From Candidatus Hydrogenedentota bacterium (GTDB taxonomy: Bacteria > Hydrogenedentota > Hydrogenedentia > Hydrogenedentales > SLHB01): a stretch of 64,000 nucleotides of DNA. Positions 47,386 through 56,140 of this stretch are shown here, in pieces. Each line of letters opens with the position of its first letter. Position 1 is the first letter of the stretch. A program made the position numbers and the translations under genes. The stretch lies in the NCBI GenBank assembly GCA_045863335.1, contig BTVY01000030.1, forward strand, positions 1 through 64,000. The letters run 5' to 3'. The notes below the pieces were generated by a model, which made no database searches, was not told where the DNA came from, and saw only the letters and a program-made list of their open reading frames with translations.

Positions 47386-47414
47386 ATGATACGAACAGTG
47401 CCCCATAAAGTCAA
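47386..47414 (-). promoter_or_regulatory. sigma70-type promoter upstream of GH4-purC-purF
   Basis: TTGACT-N17-TATCAT on the minus strand. Confidence 0.6.
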
Positions 47415-47566
47415 CTTTTCTACGAACACAAGAGCAATACAAAAAGGGTGACAAGTGCGGCAATTTCCGTAGAAAGGACCCGATTTACTGGATTTACAGG
47501 GCGGGTACGCGGTATCGTAATACGGATGGATTTCGGGCACGACGATTGGGAGAGGTCCGTGGCAGT

Positions 47567-48322
47567 ATGATGATAGACACCGACGCGACAACGTTCAATT
47601 TTGCGTGGGTGCTATCGGGTATCCTGCTTATTCCCTACCTGTTTTGGGGCATCTATCTCCTGCGACAACGGCTGGTGTACCACGCCGAACTGGACCGTGC
47701 CGTCGAGCTTTTCACCATTGCGGCGCTGGTATTCTTTTTCATCTTCGAGTTCACACTACTGAAGATGTATTTAGGCAACAGCCCGGTCAAACTGGTGTTC
47801 AGCACCCTGGGACTGGTCGCGTCGGCACTTGCTCTTTACGGACCTTTGTTAATCTCGTTTGGCTCCCATTTGATGGTGGACTTGGTCATGCCATCAGCGG
47901 AATTCGATCCGAGCGTGCCGCAGTACGGCGCCGCGGCGGGGTGTGAACTCCGGGGGGACTTTGAGGCGGCGGCACGTGAGTATGCAACCATCGCGCGAAT
48001 GTTTCCGAAAGACAGCCATGCGCCGTTGCGCGCGGCTGATAACTTCATGAAGAACGACGAACTGGAACTCGCCCTCCCCTACTTTCTACAGGGCCTCAAA
48101 AACGTGCGTTCCTCGTCGGAAGCGTTGCGGGTGACCAATCGTTTGTTTGAGATCTATCGCCGGAATCTGGATGACAAAGCGAAAGCGAAATCGGTTCTCG
48201 AGGAGTATCTGAAGCGGTTTCCAGACGCTGAATATGCGGGATCGGTTCGCAACCGGCTCGAACGGTTGGATTCGGAATCGCGTGACGAGATCGAGAGTGA
48301 ACGAGAAGCGGCGGACAACTAG
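47567..48322 (+). CDS. membrane protein with C-terminal TPR domain
   Basis: three N-terminal TM segments then GDFEAA..EY...ARMFP and YL..FPD..YA TPR patterns. Confidence 0.78.
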   Translation: MMIDTDATTFNFAWVLSGILLIPYLFWGIYLLRQRLVYHAELDRAVELFTIAALVFFFIFEFTLLKMYLGNSPVKLVFSTLGLVASALALYGPLLISFGSHLMVDLVMPSAEFDPSVPQYGAAAGCELRGDFEAAAREYATIARMFPKDSHAPLRAADNFMKNDELELALPYFLQGLKNVRSSSEALRVTNRLFEIYRRNLDDKAKAKSVLEEYLKRFPDAEYAGSVRNRLERLDSESRDEIESEREAADN

Positions 48323-48753
48323 GGCGCGGGGTCGTTACCCGTTTTCGTGATCCGTTCGGTAGGAATGATGAGCCGTGATCCGCCGACGGCGCGCGCAATA
48401 TCGATGGCACGGACAGCGCGGCCAAAGTCAGCCGCTTCGTCCGCACGCAGGATGAGGGTTGCGTCGGGTTTTTCTTTCAAGAGAGCAACGATGGCGTCGC
48501 GCAAGCCGTCTTCATCGACAGGTCTTCCTCCAAAATAGTAGTTCCCCCGCTCGTCAACGACGATTTCTTCGGGGATGGATTGCGTTTCCGCGGAGGTCTC
48601 CGCTTCCGGGAGATCGACTTCGAGACCGTACCCGTGGCGGAATGTGGATGAGACCATAAAGAAGATCAGCAACAAGAACATCACGTCGATGAGGGACGTA
48701 AGATTGATGTGAGGACGGCGGCGGTGGCGACGCCCTCCGAAAGGTTGACTCAT
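48319..48753 (-). CDS. exbD: biopolymer transporter ExbD/TolR
   Basis: INLTSLIDVMFLLLIFFMVSS.F, V.LP.A, LILRAD. Confidence 0.92.
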   Translation of the reverse strand: MSQPFGGRRHRRRPHINLTSLIDVMFLLLIFFMVSSTFRHGYGLEVDLPEAETSAETQSIPEEIVVDERGNYYFGGRPVDEDGLRDAIVALLKEKPDATLILRADEAADFGRAVRAIDIARAVGGSRLIIPTERITKTGNDPAP

Positions 48754-48902
48754 TGCGCGACTTCCCTGTAATAGCGGGCGATTCGTTGCCCGGCAGCGGC
48801 GGGTTTTCCGGCGCGGCCGACAAAGCTGCAAGATGTTGATTATATTAGAGATATTGCAGACAGGAACGCAACCTCCGGGAGCATTCACTTTCGAGAGCAG
48901 AT

Positions 48903-48932
48903 TTGCCTAAATGACCGATAGTCAGGTAAACT
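48903..48932 (+). promoter_or_regulatory. sigma70-type promoter
   Basis: TTGCCT-N18-TAAACT upstream of 48989. Confidence 0.45.
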
Positions 48933-48988
48933 GCTGTGGGAAGGCTCGCGATTGAGGGTTAGAACGCCGAATTGGAGCGGGGATTACC

Positions 48989-49921
48989 GTGCAACAGTAC
49001 CGCGTCTGCGTCGCTGACGACAACGAAGATGGCGCATCCGTTTTGTGTGAAGGGCTAACCATGAACGGCTATTCAGCGTTCACGGTGCATACGGGTGCGG
49101 AGGCTTTGGAAGCGTGTTCAAAAGGGGATATCGATCTTGTCCTGCTTGATGTTAATTTTCCGGACATCAGCGGGTACGAGGTTTGTAAACGTCTCAAAGA
49201 GTCTCCAGTCACGAGCGAGATTACGGTAATTTTCGTCAGCGTGCGGGGAAGCGAAGAAGACATCCTGACCGGCTACCAGCTTGGCGCTGCAGATTACATT
49301 ACGAAGCCGTACAACCTGCCGATGGTCATGGTTCGTGTCGATGCGGCGATGCGCGCGAAGAAACTGCGCGAGCGGATGCCGAACGACACTGACATTATCG
49401 TGGATTCGGCGTATACGGATCACCTCACGGGATTACGTAACAGCCGCTATCTTTTGGAACGGCTGCAAGAAGAAGTCGAAGAAGCGCATCGCTACGACTA
49501 TCCTGTCTCGTGCGTGGTGTTCGACGTGGACGACATTCACGCGATCGATCCGGATCTTGGGCCCGTGTCGATGGATGATTTGCTGGCGGAACTGGGCATG
49601 GCGTTGCGCAATTACTCGCGCACCTATGATGTGCTGGCGCGATACGACGGCACCGTCTTTGCAGCGGTCCTTCCCCACACGCCGCTGGAGCAAGCGGTCA
49701 GTTACGCGACCAAGATTCTACGCGAAGTCGACGGTACGACGTTCTCCGATCCCAGTTTTCCCACGGAAGTGAAACTGAGCGTTGGTATCGTTTCGTGCCG
49801 GAATGGCAGCGCGCGCGGCGCGGACTTCGTGCTGGGCGAGGCCATGCGCGGCTTGCTTAAAGCCAAGAGCGCGCCCCCAAACCAGGAGCGCTTGGTTGCG
49901 TTGAATCTGTCGGAGAGTTGA
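48989..49921 (+). CDS. response regulator (REC) with degenerate GGDEF domain
   Basis: ADD, LVLLD, DYITKP receiver; TD.LTGL.N.RY; RTYD I-site; ARYDGTVF in place of GGDEF. Confidence 0.9.
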   Translation: MQQYRVCVADDNEDGASVLCEGLTMNGYSAFTVHTGAEALEACSKGDIDLVLLDVNFPDISGYEVCKRLKESPVTSEITVIFVSVRGSEEDILTGYQLGAADYITKPYNLPMVMVRVDAAMRAKKLRERMPNDTDIIVDSAYTDHLTGLRNSRYLLERLQEEVEEAHRYDYPVSCVVFDVDDIHAIDPDLGPVSMDDLLAELGMALRNYSRTYDVLARYDGTVFAAVLPHTPLEQAVSYATKILREVDGTTFSDPSFPTEVKLSVGIVSCRNGSARGADFVLGEAMRGLLKAKSAPPNQERLVALNLSES

Positions 49922-49927
49922 ACGCGG

Positions 49928-49963
49928 GAACATCCCCCTCAATCCCCCTTCGAAGGGGGACTT
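49928..49963 (+). repeat. REP-like repeat copy between convergent genes
   Basis: gaacatccccctcaatcccccttcgaagggggactt. Confidence 0.8.
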
Positions 49964-50013
49964 AAGACGGCCCCTATCCGCAGTTGCTGAAAAGCAGATG
50001 AATTCTCACGAGA

Positions 50014-51288
50014 TCAGGTCGCGGTCAGCGCTTTCCGTCCAATATCCGTCCGGTAGTGGGCGCCTTCGAAGTGAATTCGCTTCACCCCTTCGTATGCTTT
50101 CGCAATCGCCGAAGGCACGTCTTTATCCACGGCGGTAACGTTGAGCACACGGCCACCGTTCGTGACGAGGCGTTCTCCGTCCAGCTTGGTTCCCGCGTGG
50201 AAGACGTTGACGCCTGTATCGCGTTCGGCCTGGGCGATTCCATCGATAACGACACCTTTCGGGTAGGAGCCCGGGTAACCGCCGGAGGCCATCACCACGG
50301 ATACGCATGCGCCAGGCTCCCAATCGATTTGCATGCCATCCAGGCTTTCATCGCAGCACGCAAGCATGAAGGGAACCAGATCGGATTTCATCCGCGGCAA
50401 GACGACCTGCGTTTCGGGATCGCCAAAACGGCAGTTGAACTCAATCACTTTTGGCCCTGATTCGGTGATCATGAGGCCGGCATACAGAATGCCCTTGTAG
50501 GGGCGGCCTTCCTTTGCCATGCCTTCCACGCAGGGAACGAGGACGGTCCGGTGAATCTCGTCGAGCATCGAATCGTTCACAATCGGCGCGGGAGAATAGG
50601 CGCCCATGCCGCCCGTGTTGGGACCCGTGTCGCCATCGAAGGCGGGCTTATGATCCTGGCTGGGTGCCATGGAGAGGACATGCTTCCCGTCGCTGAAGGC
50701 GAGGATCGACGCCTCTTGTCCAAACAGACATTCCTCCACGACGACACGTCTGCCCGCATCGCCGAAGACCTTTTCGGTCATCATGCTCTCGATGGCGGCG
50801 ACGGCTTCATCCAAGGTTTGCGCGACGGTTACGCCCTTTCCCGCCGCCAATCCGTCGGCCTTGATGACGATGGGCGCGCCATGCTGTTTCACGTAGTCGA
50901 TGGCCGAGGTCGCGTCGGTGAACTCTGCATAGGCGGCAGTCGGGATGTTGTACTTCGCCATGAGGGCCTTGGCGAAACTCTTGCTCGCTTCGAGTTCTGC
51001 GGCGGCGCCGGTGGGTCCGAAGGCGATGATGCCGGCAGCGTTCAGTTTGTCGACAATCCCTTTGGACAGCGGATCTTCGGGCCCGACTACGGCAAGGTCG
51101 ATGGACTTCTCCTTTGCAAAAGCGGCCAAGGCATCCACGTCGCCCGCGCCAATGTCGACACATTCGGCAAGCGCGGCAATACCCGGATTGCCGGGCGCGC
51201 AGTAGATCTTCGTAACCAATGGACTCTGCGCAATCTTCCAGACGAGGGCGTGTTCGCGTCCCCCGCCGCCAATAACCAATACCTTCAC
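50014..51288 (-). CDS. purD: phosphoribosylamine--glycine ligase
   Basis: GGGGREHAL, KADGLAAGKGV, QDHK, GPNTGGMGAYSP, EFNCRFGDPE, FHAGT, GGRVL. Confidence 0.98.
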   Translation of the reverse strand: MKVLVIGGGGREHALVWKIAQSPLVTKIYCAPGNPGIAALAECVDIGAGDVDALAAFAKEKSIDLAVVGPEDPLSKGIVDKLNAAGIIAFGPTGAAAELEASKSFAKALMAKYNIPTAAYAEFTDATSAIDYVKQHGAPIVIKADGLAAGKGVTVAQTLDEAVAAIESMMTEKVFGDAGRRVVVEECLFGQEASILAFSDGKHVLSMAPSQDHKPAFDGDTGPNTGGMGAYSPAPIVNDSMLDEIHRTVLVPCVEGMAKEGRPYKGILYAGLMITESGPKVIEFNCRFGDPETQVVLPRMKSDLVPFMLACCDESLDGMQIDWEPGACVSVVMASGGYPGSYPKGVVIDGIAQAERDTGVNVFHAGTKLDGERLVTNGGRVLNVTAVDKDVPSAIAKAYEGVKRIHFEGAHYRTDIGRKALTAT

Positions 51289-51291
51289 CGG

Positions 51292-51897
51292 TTACTCCTC
51301 TCGTGGCTCGCACTGCAAAAGATAATTGGCGATCACCCGGTCGTACTCGGCCGTCTGCGCGAAGGCTTCCTGCGCAAGACGGTAGCGGGTCTTGTACGTG
51401 ACCTCGCCATCGTGGGCGCGTAACTCGTGCATGACGGAGGTGTAGCGATCGGGATTGACCACCACGGTCACGTAGCGGAAATTCTTGGCGGCGGACCGAA
51501 TCATGGCCGTGCCGCCGATGTCGATCTGGTCGATCACTTCCTCGAGCGTCACGCTGGGTTGCCGGATGACGGATTCGACGGGGTGCAGGTTGACGATACA
51601 GAAATCGATCCAGTGGTAACCGGCGGCGGTCAATTGTTCGACGTGCAGCTTCTTCTCGCGGATACCGAGCAGTCCGGCGTGGACTTTGGAGTGGAGCGAT
51701 TTCACGCGTCCGTCCATCATCTCGGCGACACCGGTGTAATCGCCGATGCTGACGGCGTCAATATCCGCTTCCTGCAGCACCTTGAGGGTGCCGGCCGTGC
51801 TGACGACCTCCACGTCGAACTCGTGGAGCAACCGGGCCAGTTCCACTACACCGGTCTTGTCATGACAACTGATGAGCGCGCGTCGGACTGACGGCAT
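51292..51897 (-). CDS. purH: IMP cyclohydrolase (stand-alone N-terminal half of PurH)
   Basis: RRALIS..DKTG, ST.GT, GRVKSLH.KVH.G.L, IDIGG.AMIRSAAKN, LA.EAF..TA.YD; stops at 201 aa; AGGAGG RBS. Confidence 0.88.
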   Translation of the reverse strand: MPSVRRALISCHDKTGVVELARLLHEFDVEVVSTAGTLKVLQEADIDAVSIGDYTGVAEMMDGRVKSLHSKVHAGLLGIREKKLHVEQLTAAGYHWIDFCIVNLHPVESVIRQPSVTLEEVIDQIDIGGTAMIRSAAKNFRYVTVVVNPDRYTSVMHELRAHDGEVTYKTRYRLAQEAFAQTAEYDRVIANYLLQCEPREE

Positions 51898-52127
51898 ATC
51901 CGTACCTCCTGGTGGCCTGCGCCACCGGCATCGTTCCATTCTGGCTTTCCGCCAAAATCGGGGAAAGGATAATACTGGACGGAGCAAAGAAATGTCGAAT
52001 TATTCGCGTCAATTCTTTTCGCGGGTCCCGGAAGGCGGTTTCATTGCGGTGGGGCCTTATAAACACGCAGAATAGGGTTTCGTTCGGTGCGCGAATGCGC
52101 CGGAAGTCGAATTAGAAGGGGCCAATC

Positions 52128-53306
52128 ATGTTTCTCACGTCCGTTGCAGTGCTTCTCGTAACCTTGGGGCAACCGTTGTTTGAGCAGGAATTGATCTTCC
52201 CGCCCAATCCGCAGCACAACCATGGGTCCAGTATTGTGGAGGCGCCGAATGGCGACCTGCTCGCCTGCTGGTTCCACGGGTCCGGCGAGCGTCAATCGGA
52301 CGATGTGCTCGTTCAGGGCGCGCGCAAACGGAAAGGCGAGACCGAGTGGAGCGAGCCCTTTGTCATGGCGGACACGCCGGACCTGCCCGACTGCAATCCC
52401 GTGTTGTTCGTCGACCCGCGGGGGACGTTGTGGTTGATTTGGATTACGGTGCAGGACAACCAGTGGGGCGGCTCCTTGCTCAAGTACCGGACCGCGACCG
52501 AATACGCGGCGGATGGTCCGCCGCAGTGGGATTGGCAGGACGTGATCCACTGCCGGCCCCTAAATCTCGAGTCGCTCTTCGTCGAAGCCGTGAACGAGGC
52601 GGAGGAAAAGTACGCGGACTTCATCGCGACCAACGAGGAGTTGCGGTCGGAACTGGTGGAGTGGAAGTCGCGGGTGGAGAACAAGCTGGCGCGCCGGCTG
52701 GGTTGGATGACGCGCATCCATCCCATTATGACCTCGGACAACCGCATGATGCTCGGGCTCTACTCGGACGTGTGGAACACGTCGCTCGCCGCGTTCACGG
52801 AGGACTGGGGCAAGACGTGGTCGTTCAGCGAACCGATCATCACGTATGAACTGGGCAACATTCAGCCCGCGTTCGTCATGCAACGCGACGGCGACATCGT
52901 TTCCTACATGCGGGACAATGGATTCCCCAAGAAGGTCCGCACGGCCACCTCGACCGACGACGGCGTCACCTGGGGGCCGGTTACCCATTTGGAGATCCCG
53001 AACCCCGGATCGAGCGTGGATGCCATCGCGCTGCAAAGCGGCGCGTGGGCGTTGGTGTGCAACGACACCCTGGATGGACGCCATCTGCTGACCGTGTACT
53101 TGTCCGAAGACGAAGGCGCGACGTGGCCCATCAAGCGCGGCATCGAAACCTTCGAGCCGGACAAGGGATCGGGATCCTATCCGTCGCTGATCCAGGCGGA
53201 GGACGGCACCTTGCACTGCACGTATTCCTACAAGAAGGAAGCCGTGCCCGGCTCTACGATCAAGCACGTGTGGTTCAACGAGGAGTGGGTGCGGGGGAAC
53301 GGTTAA
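52128..53306 (+). CDS. secreted sialidase-like (BNR/Asp-box) protein
   Basis: HGSSIVE.PNGDLL..WF.G..E, D.NPVLF, TEDWGKTW, STDDGVTW, SEDEGATW, SYPSLIQ. Confidence 0.9.
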   Translation: MFLTSVAVLLVTLGQPLFEQELIFPPNPQHNHGSSIVEAPNGDLLACWFHGSGERQSDDVLVQGARKRKGETEWSEPFVMADTPDLPDCNPVLFVDPRGTLWLIWITVQDNQWGGSLLKYRTATEYAADGPPQWDWQDVIHCRPLNLESLFVEAVNEAEEKYADFIATNEELRSELVEWKSRVENKLARRLGWMTRIHPIMTSDNRMMLGLYSDVWNTSLAAFTEDWGKTWSFSEPIITYELGNIQPAFVMQRDGDIVSYMRDNGFPKKVRTATSTDDGVTWGPVTHLEIPNPGSSVDAIALQSGAWALVCNDTLDGRHLLTVYLSEDEGATWPIKRGIETFEPDKGSGSYPSLIQAEDGTLHCTYSYKKEAVPGSTIKHVWFNEEWVRGNG

Positions 53307-53342
53307 CACGCGCGACACGCGGGTGTGGTGTATAATTAAATC

Positions 53343-53594
53343 ATGGACGCTATTTCTCCAGAATTGCTGAAGGAAATCGAGGCGCGCGTGGCAGATGGAC
53401 CGTTTGGCAGCGCCGATGAACTCTTGCGGTTCGCGCTTCGTGCCCTGGACCGAGATCGAGGCGTCGCTCAAGACATATTGGAGAAAGAGTTGCTCCAAGG
53501 GCTTGAAGGCGATGACGTCGAAATGACATCCGAGGATTGGACTGATATCGAGAATGCTGCACTTAAGGTGCTCGAGGCGAAGAAGTCTCGGTGA
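53343..53594 (+). CDS. ParD-like type II antitoxin
   Basis: V..G.F.SA.E..R.AL, L..GL.G...MT.EDW pattern; GTGA overlap with the toxin gene. Confidence 0.82.
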   Translation: MDAISPELLKEIEARVADGPFGSADELLRFALRALDRDRGVAQDILEKELLQGLEGDDVEMTSEDWTDIENAALKVLEAKKSR

Positions 53595-53914
53595 GCGGTA
53601 AGGTCGTTCGTCGCGTTGAGGCGAAGCGCGACCTCATCAAACATTATGTCTATCTTGCCGAGCACGCTGACCTGGAGACGGCACGCCGGTTTCTCAGGGC
53701 AACGGAAGAAGCCTTTCTGCTCCTCGCCGAATTGCCCGAACTCGGTGCAAGTCGGCAATTCAGGAATCGTCAGCTCGCCGAAGTGAGAATGTGGCCGGTG
53801 AAAGGCTTTCGCAAATTCCTTGTCTTCTATATTCCAATCGAAGGTGGCGTTCGTATCATAAGAGTGATCCATTCCACCGAAGACTATTGGCGAGTACTTG
53901 AGAACGCCGAGTAA
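53591..53914 (+). CDS. RelE/ParE-family type II toxin
   Basis: A.RDL....YLA, A.RF, L...PE.G, R.WPVKGF..FLVFY, IIRVIH. Confidence 0.9.
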   Translation: MSGKVVRRVEAKRDLIKHYVYLAEHADLETARRFLRATEEAFLLLAELPELGASRQFRNRQLAEVRMWPVKGFRKFLVFYIPIEGGVRIIRVIHSTEDYWRVLENAE

Positions 53915-53929
53915 GGTCGGACTTGCAGC

Positions 53930-55126
53930 CTACTTCGCCTTCAACGCCTTGATACTGTCAATCATGTAGTCCACGGCTTCATCGGTCAATCGCGGATGGC
54001 TGGGGAGGGTGACGAGGCGTTCGAAGATTTGTTCGGCGACGGGGAATTGGCCGCGTTTGAAGCCGCGTTTTTGGAACGCGGTGCTCCAGTGGAGGGGGAT
54101 GTAGTGGGTGCCGACTTTGATGCCGCGCTCGACGAGCATGCGGTGGACGAAGTCATCTTTGGTGACGCCATAGACTTCGGGATCGATCTGCAGCGGGTAG
54201 AGATGGTAGACGTGCTTCATCCCCTCGGCTACGGTGGGTAGCGCGAGGCCCGGGACGTCGCGAAGGCCTTCGTTCAACCGTTCCGCGATGGCGATACGCC
54301 GTGCGTTTAGTTCGTCCAGCTTGCGCAACTGAATGAGGCCGACGGCCGCCTGGATGTCGGTCATGCGGAAGTTGTAGCCGCAGTCATCGAAATCCTGCCA
54401 CCAGAACCGCTTGCCCTGGGGAAATTTCTCTTCGTCGAGTTGGCAGTACTTCGTGCTCTTGCCGTAGACACGGGTGCAGTGGGACCGGTAGAGCGCGATG
54501 CGTTCGAACAAGTCCGGGTCGTTCGTGGTGATCATCCCGCCTTCGCCGAGGGTGGACATGTTCTTCTGCTCGTGAAAACTGAAACAGCCCGTCGCGCCGA
54601 GGCTGCCTGCCTTGCGGCCGTGATACTCCGCGCCGAGCGCGTGGGCGGCGTCTTCCACGACGGCAAAACCGTGCTCCTTGGACAACGCGTTTATCGCGTC
54701 CATGTCGCAGCATTGGCCGTAGAGGTGAACCGGAATCACGGCCTTGGTGTTGGGCGTGAGCTTCTCGCGCAGTAGTTCGGGATCGAGGTTGTAAGTAACG
54801 GGATCGATATCCACGAAATCGACTTCCGCGCCGAGCGTGACACCTACGGCGCCGGTGGCAATCCAGGTCATAGGGGTGGTCAAGACGCGGTCCCCGGGGC
54901 CGACGCCCAGTCCGACCAGCGAGAGGAAAAGCGCCGCAGTGCCGTTGGAGCAGGCGCGGGCGTGGGACGTGCCGCAGTAGGCCGCGAAGGCTTCCTCGAA
55001 TGCGACGCAGGCATTGCCGCTGGTGGGGGCGTTCTGACGAAGCACCTCAATGATCACCCGCTCCTCTTCTTCGCCATAGATGGAGCCGAACTTGTTTTCC
55101 AACTCGAACCGGATGTCGGGACTCAT
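53930..55126 (-). CDS. DegT/DnrJ/EryC1/StrS aminotransferase
   Basis: SNGTAAL, PVHLYG, EDAAHALG, FSFHEQKNM.T.GEGG, GYNFRMTD.QAA. Confidence 0.94.
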   Translation of the reverse strand: MSPDIRFELENKFGSIYGEEEERVIIEVLRQNAPTSGNACVAFEEAFAAYCGTSHARACSNGTAALFLSLVGLGVGPGDRVLTTPMTWIATGAVGVTLGAEVDFVDIDPVTYNLDPELLREKLTPNTKAVIPVHLYGQCCDMDAINALSKEHGFAVVEDAAHALGAEYHGRKAGSLGATGCFSFHEQKNMSTLGEGGMITTNDPDLFERIALYRSHCTRVYGKSTKYCQLDEEKFPQGKRFWWQDFDDCGYNFRMTDIQAAVGLIQLRKLDELNARRIAIAERLNEGLRDVPGLALPTVAEGMKHVYHLYPLQIDPEVYGVTKDDFVHRMLVERGIKVGTHYIPLHWSTAFQKRGFKRGQFPVAEQIFERLVTLPSHPRLTDEAVDYMIDSIKALKAK

Positions 55127-55128
55127 GA

Positions 55129-56028
55129 CTACTTCCCTTTCGCTGTTTCCAAAATGAGCGTCAATGCGTCGTCCAGACCGAGCATCGGCGTCCGGAGTTT
55201 CTGTTGCGCGAGCGCGTTGTCCAGGGATACATCCAGCGGGCGCGGCGCGCGACCGGGGATGCCGCTGGGATCGGTTTGCACGATGCGTTCGACGGGATGG
55301 CCGAGCCGCGTTGCGATGCGTTGCATCATCTCGTAGCGGTTCAGCACTTCGCTCCCGCTCAGATGGATGAACCCGCGCAGATCGTTACCCGCCAGTTCGA
55401 CAAGGGCGCGTCCTAGCGTAATCACATCGATAGGCGAACGGATTTCGTTGCCCGGTACGGTGACGTCCTTGCCTTCGTCCAGCGACTTCATCATGCGGGA
55501 TAGAAAGGAGTTTCCGGAACCGATGACCGGGAGTCCCATCACCAGCGCCACGCGGGCGATGACGTACGTCCCCCCCGCTTCTTTCACCGCGTCTTCCGCC
55601 ATGACTTTCGTGCGCCCGTAGAAGTTGATTGGGTTGACGGGGTCGTCTTCCTTGTACAGTCCCCGCTCGCCATCGAAGACGTTGTCGGTGGAGAGGTGGA
55701 CGAGGCGAATGCCGTGATCCTCGCACAACTCGGCCACAATGCCGGGCAAATAGGCATTGACGTACTTCGCCGTTTCCTGGTTCGCTTGCGAATAGTCGAT
55801 ATCGGCGATGGCGGCCGTATGAATCACGCCCACGGGATCGACTTCGTGAAAGGCGTGATGCAGGCCGTCTTCATCCATCTCCATGCAACGGTGCCAGACA
55901 AGATGTTCCCTTTCGATGGCGGCCTCAGTTCGGGAAAGGACATGGACCTCCCACTCTTCCAGGGCGGACAGAATGACACTGCCGGCGACAAAACCGCTGC
56001 CGCCGGTAACCAGCAATCGTTTTCGCAT
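55129..56028 (-). CDS. RmlD-like extended SDR (NDP-4-keto-sugar reductase)
   Basis: TGGSGFVA, IHTAA, LSTD.VFDG, Y.E.D...P.N.YGRTK, RP.DVSL. Confidence 0.9.
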   Translation of the reverse strand: MRKRLLVTGGSGFVAGSVILSALEEWEVHVLSRTEAAIEREHLVWHRCMEMDEDGLHHAFHEVDPVGVIHTAAIADIDYSQANQETAKYVNAYLPGIVAELCEDHGIRLVHLSTDNVFDGERGLYKEDDPVNPINFYGRTKVMAEDAVKEAGGTYVIARVALVMGLPVIGSGNSFLSRMMKSLDEGKDVTVPGNEIRSPIDVITLGRALVELAGNDLRGFIHLSGSEVLNRYEMMQRIATRLGHPVERIVQTDPSGIPGRAPRPLDVSLDNALAQQKLRTPMLGLDDALTLILETAKGK

Positions 56029-56140
56029 GAGATACCTCGGTTGAAGGAAAGACGAGCTTGGGGGAAACGCAAGCAGTATAGGGGCGGTGGCGAGGGCGCT
56101 TCAATCAAACTGACACCGCCGCGTAGAGCCGCAGGTGGCT

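Noticed and set aside
10953-49963. Repeat family interpreted as CRISPR
   Set aside because: Copies are dispersed or inverted rather than regularly spaced direct repeats, and there are no cas genes
51898-52127. ZTP riboswitch upstream of purH
   Set aside because: The conserved GCCTGGG 3-prime element and P1 motif are absent; only a short GGTGGC/GCCACC hairpin is present
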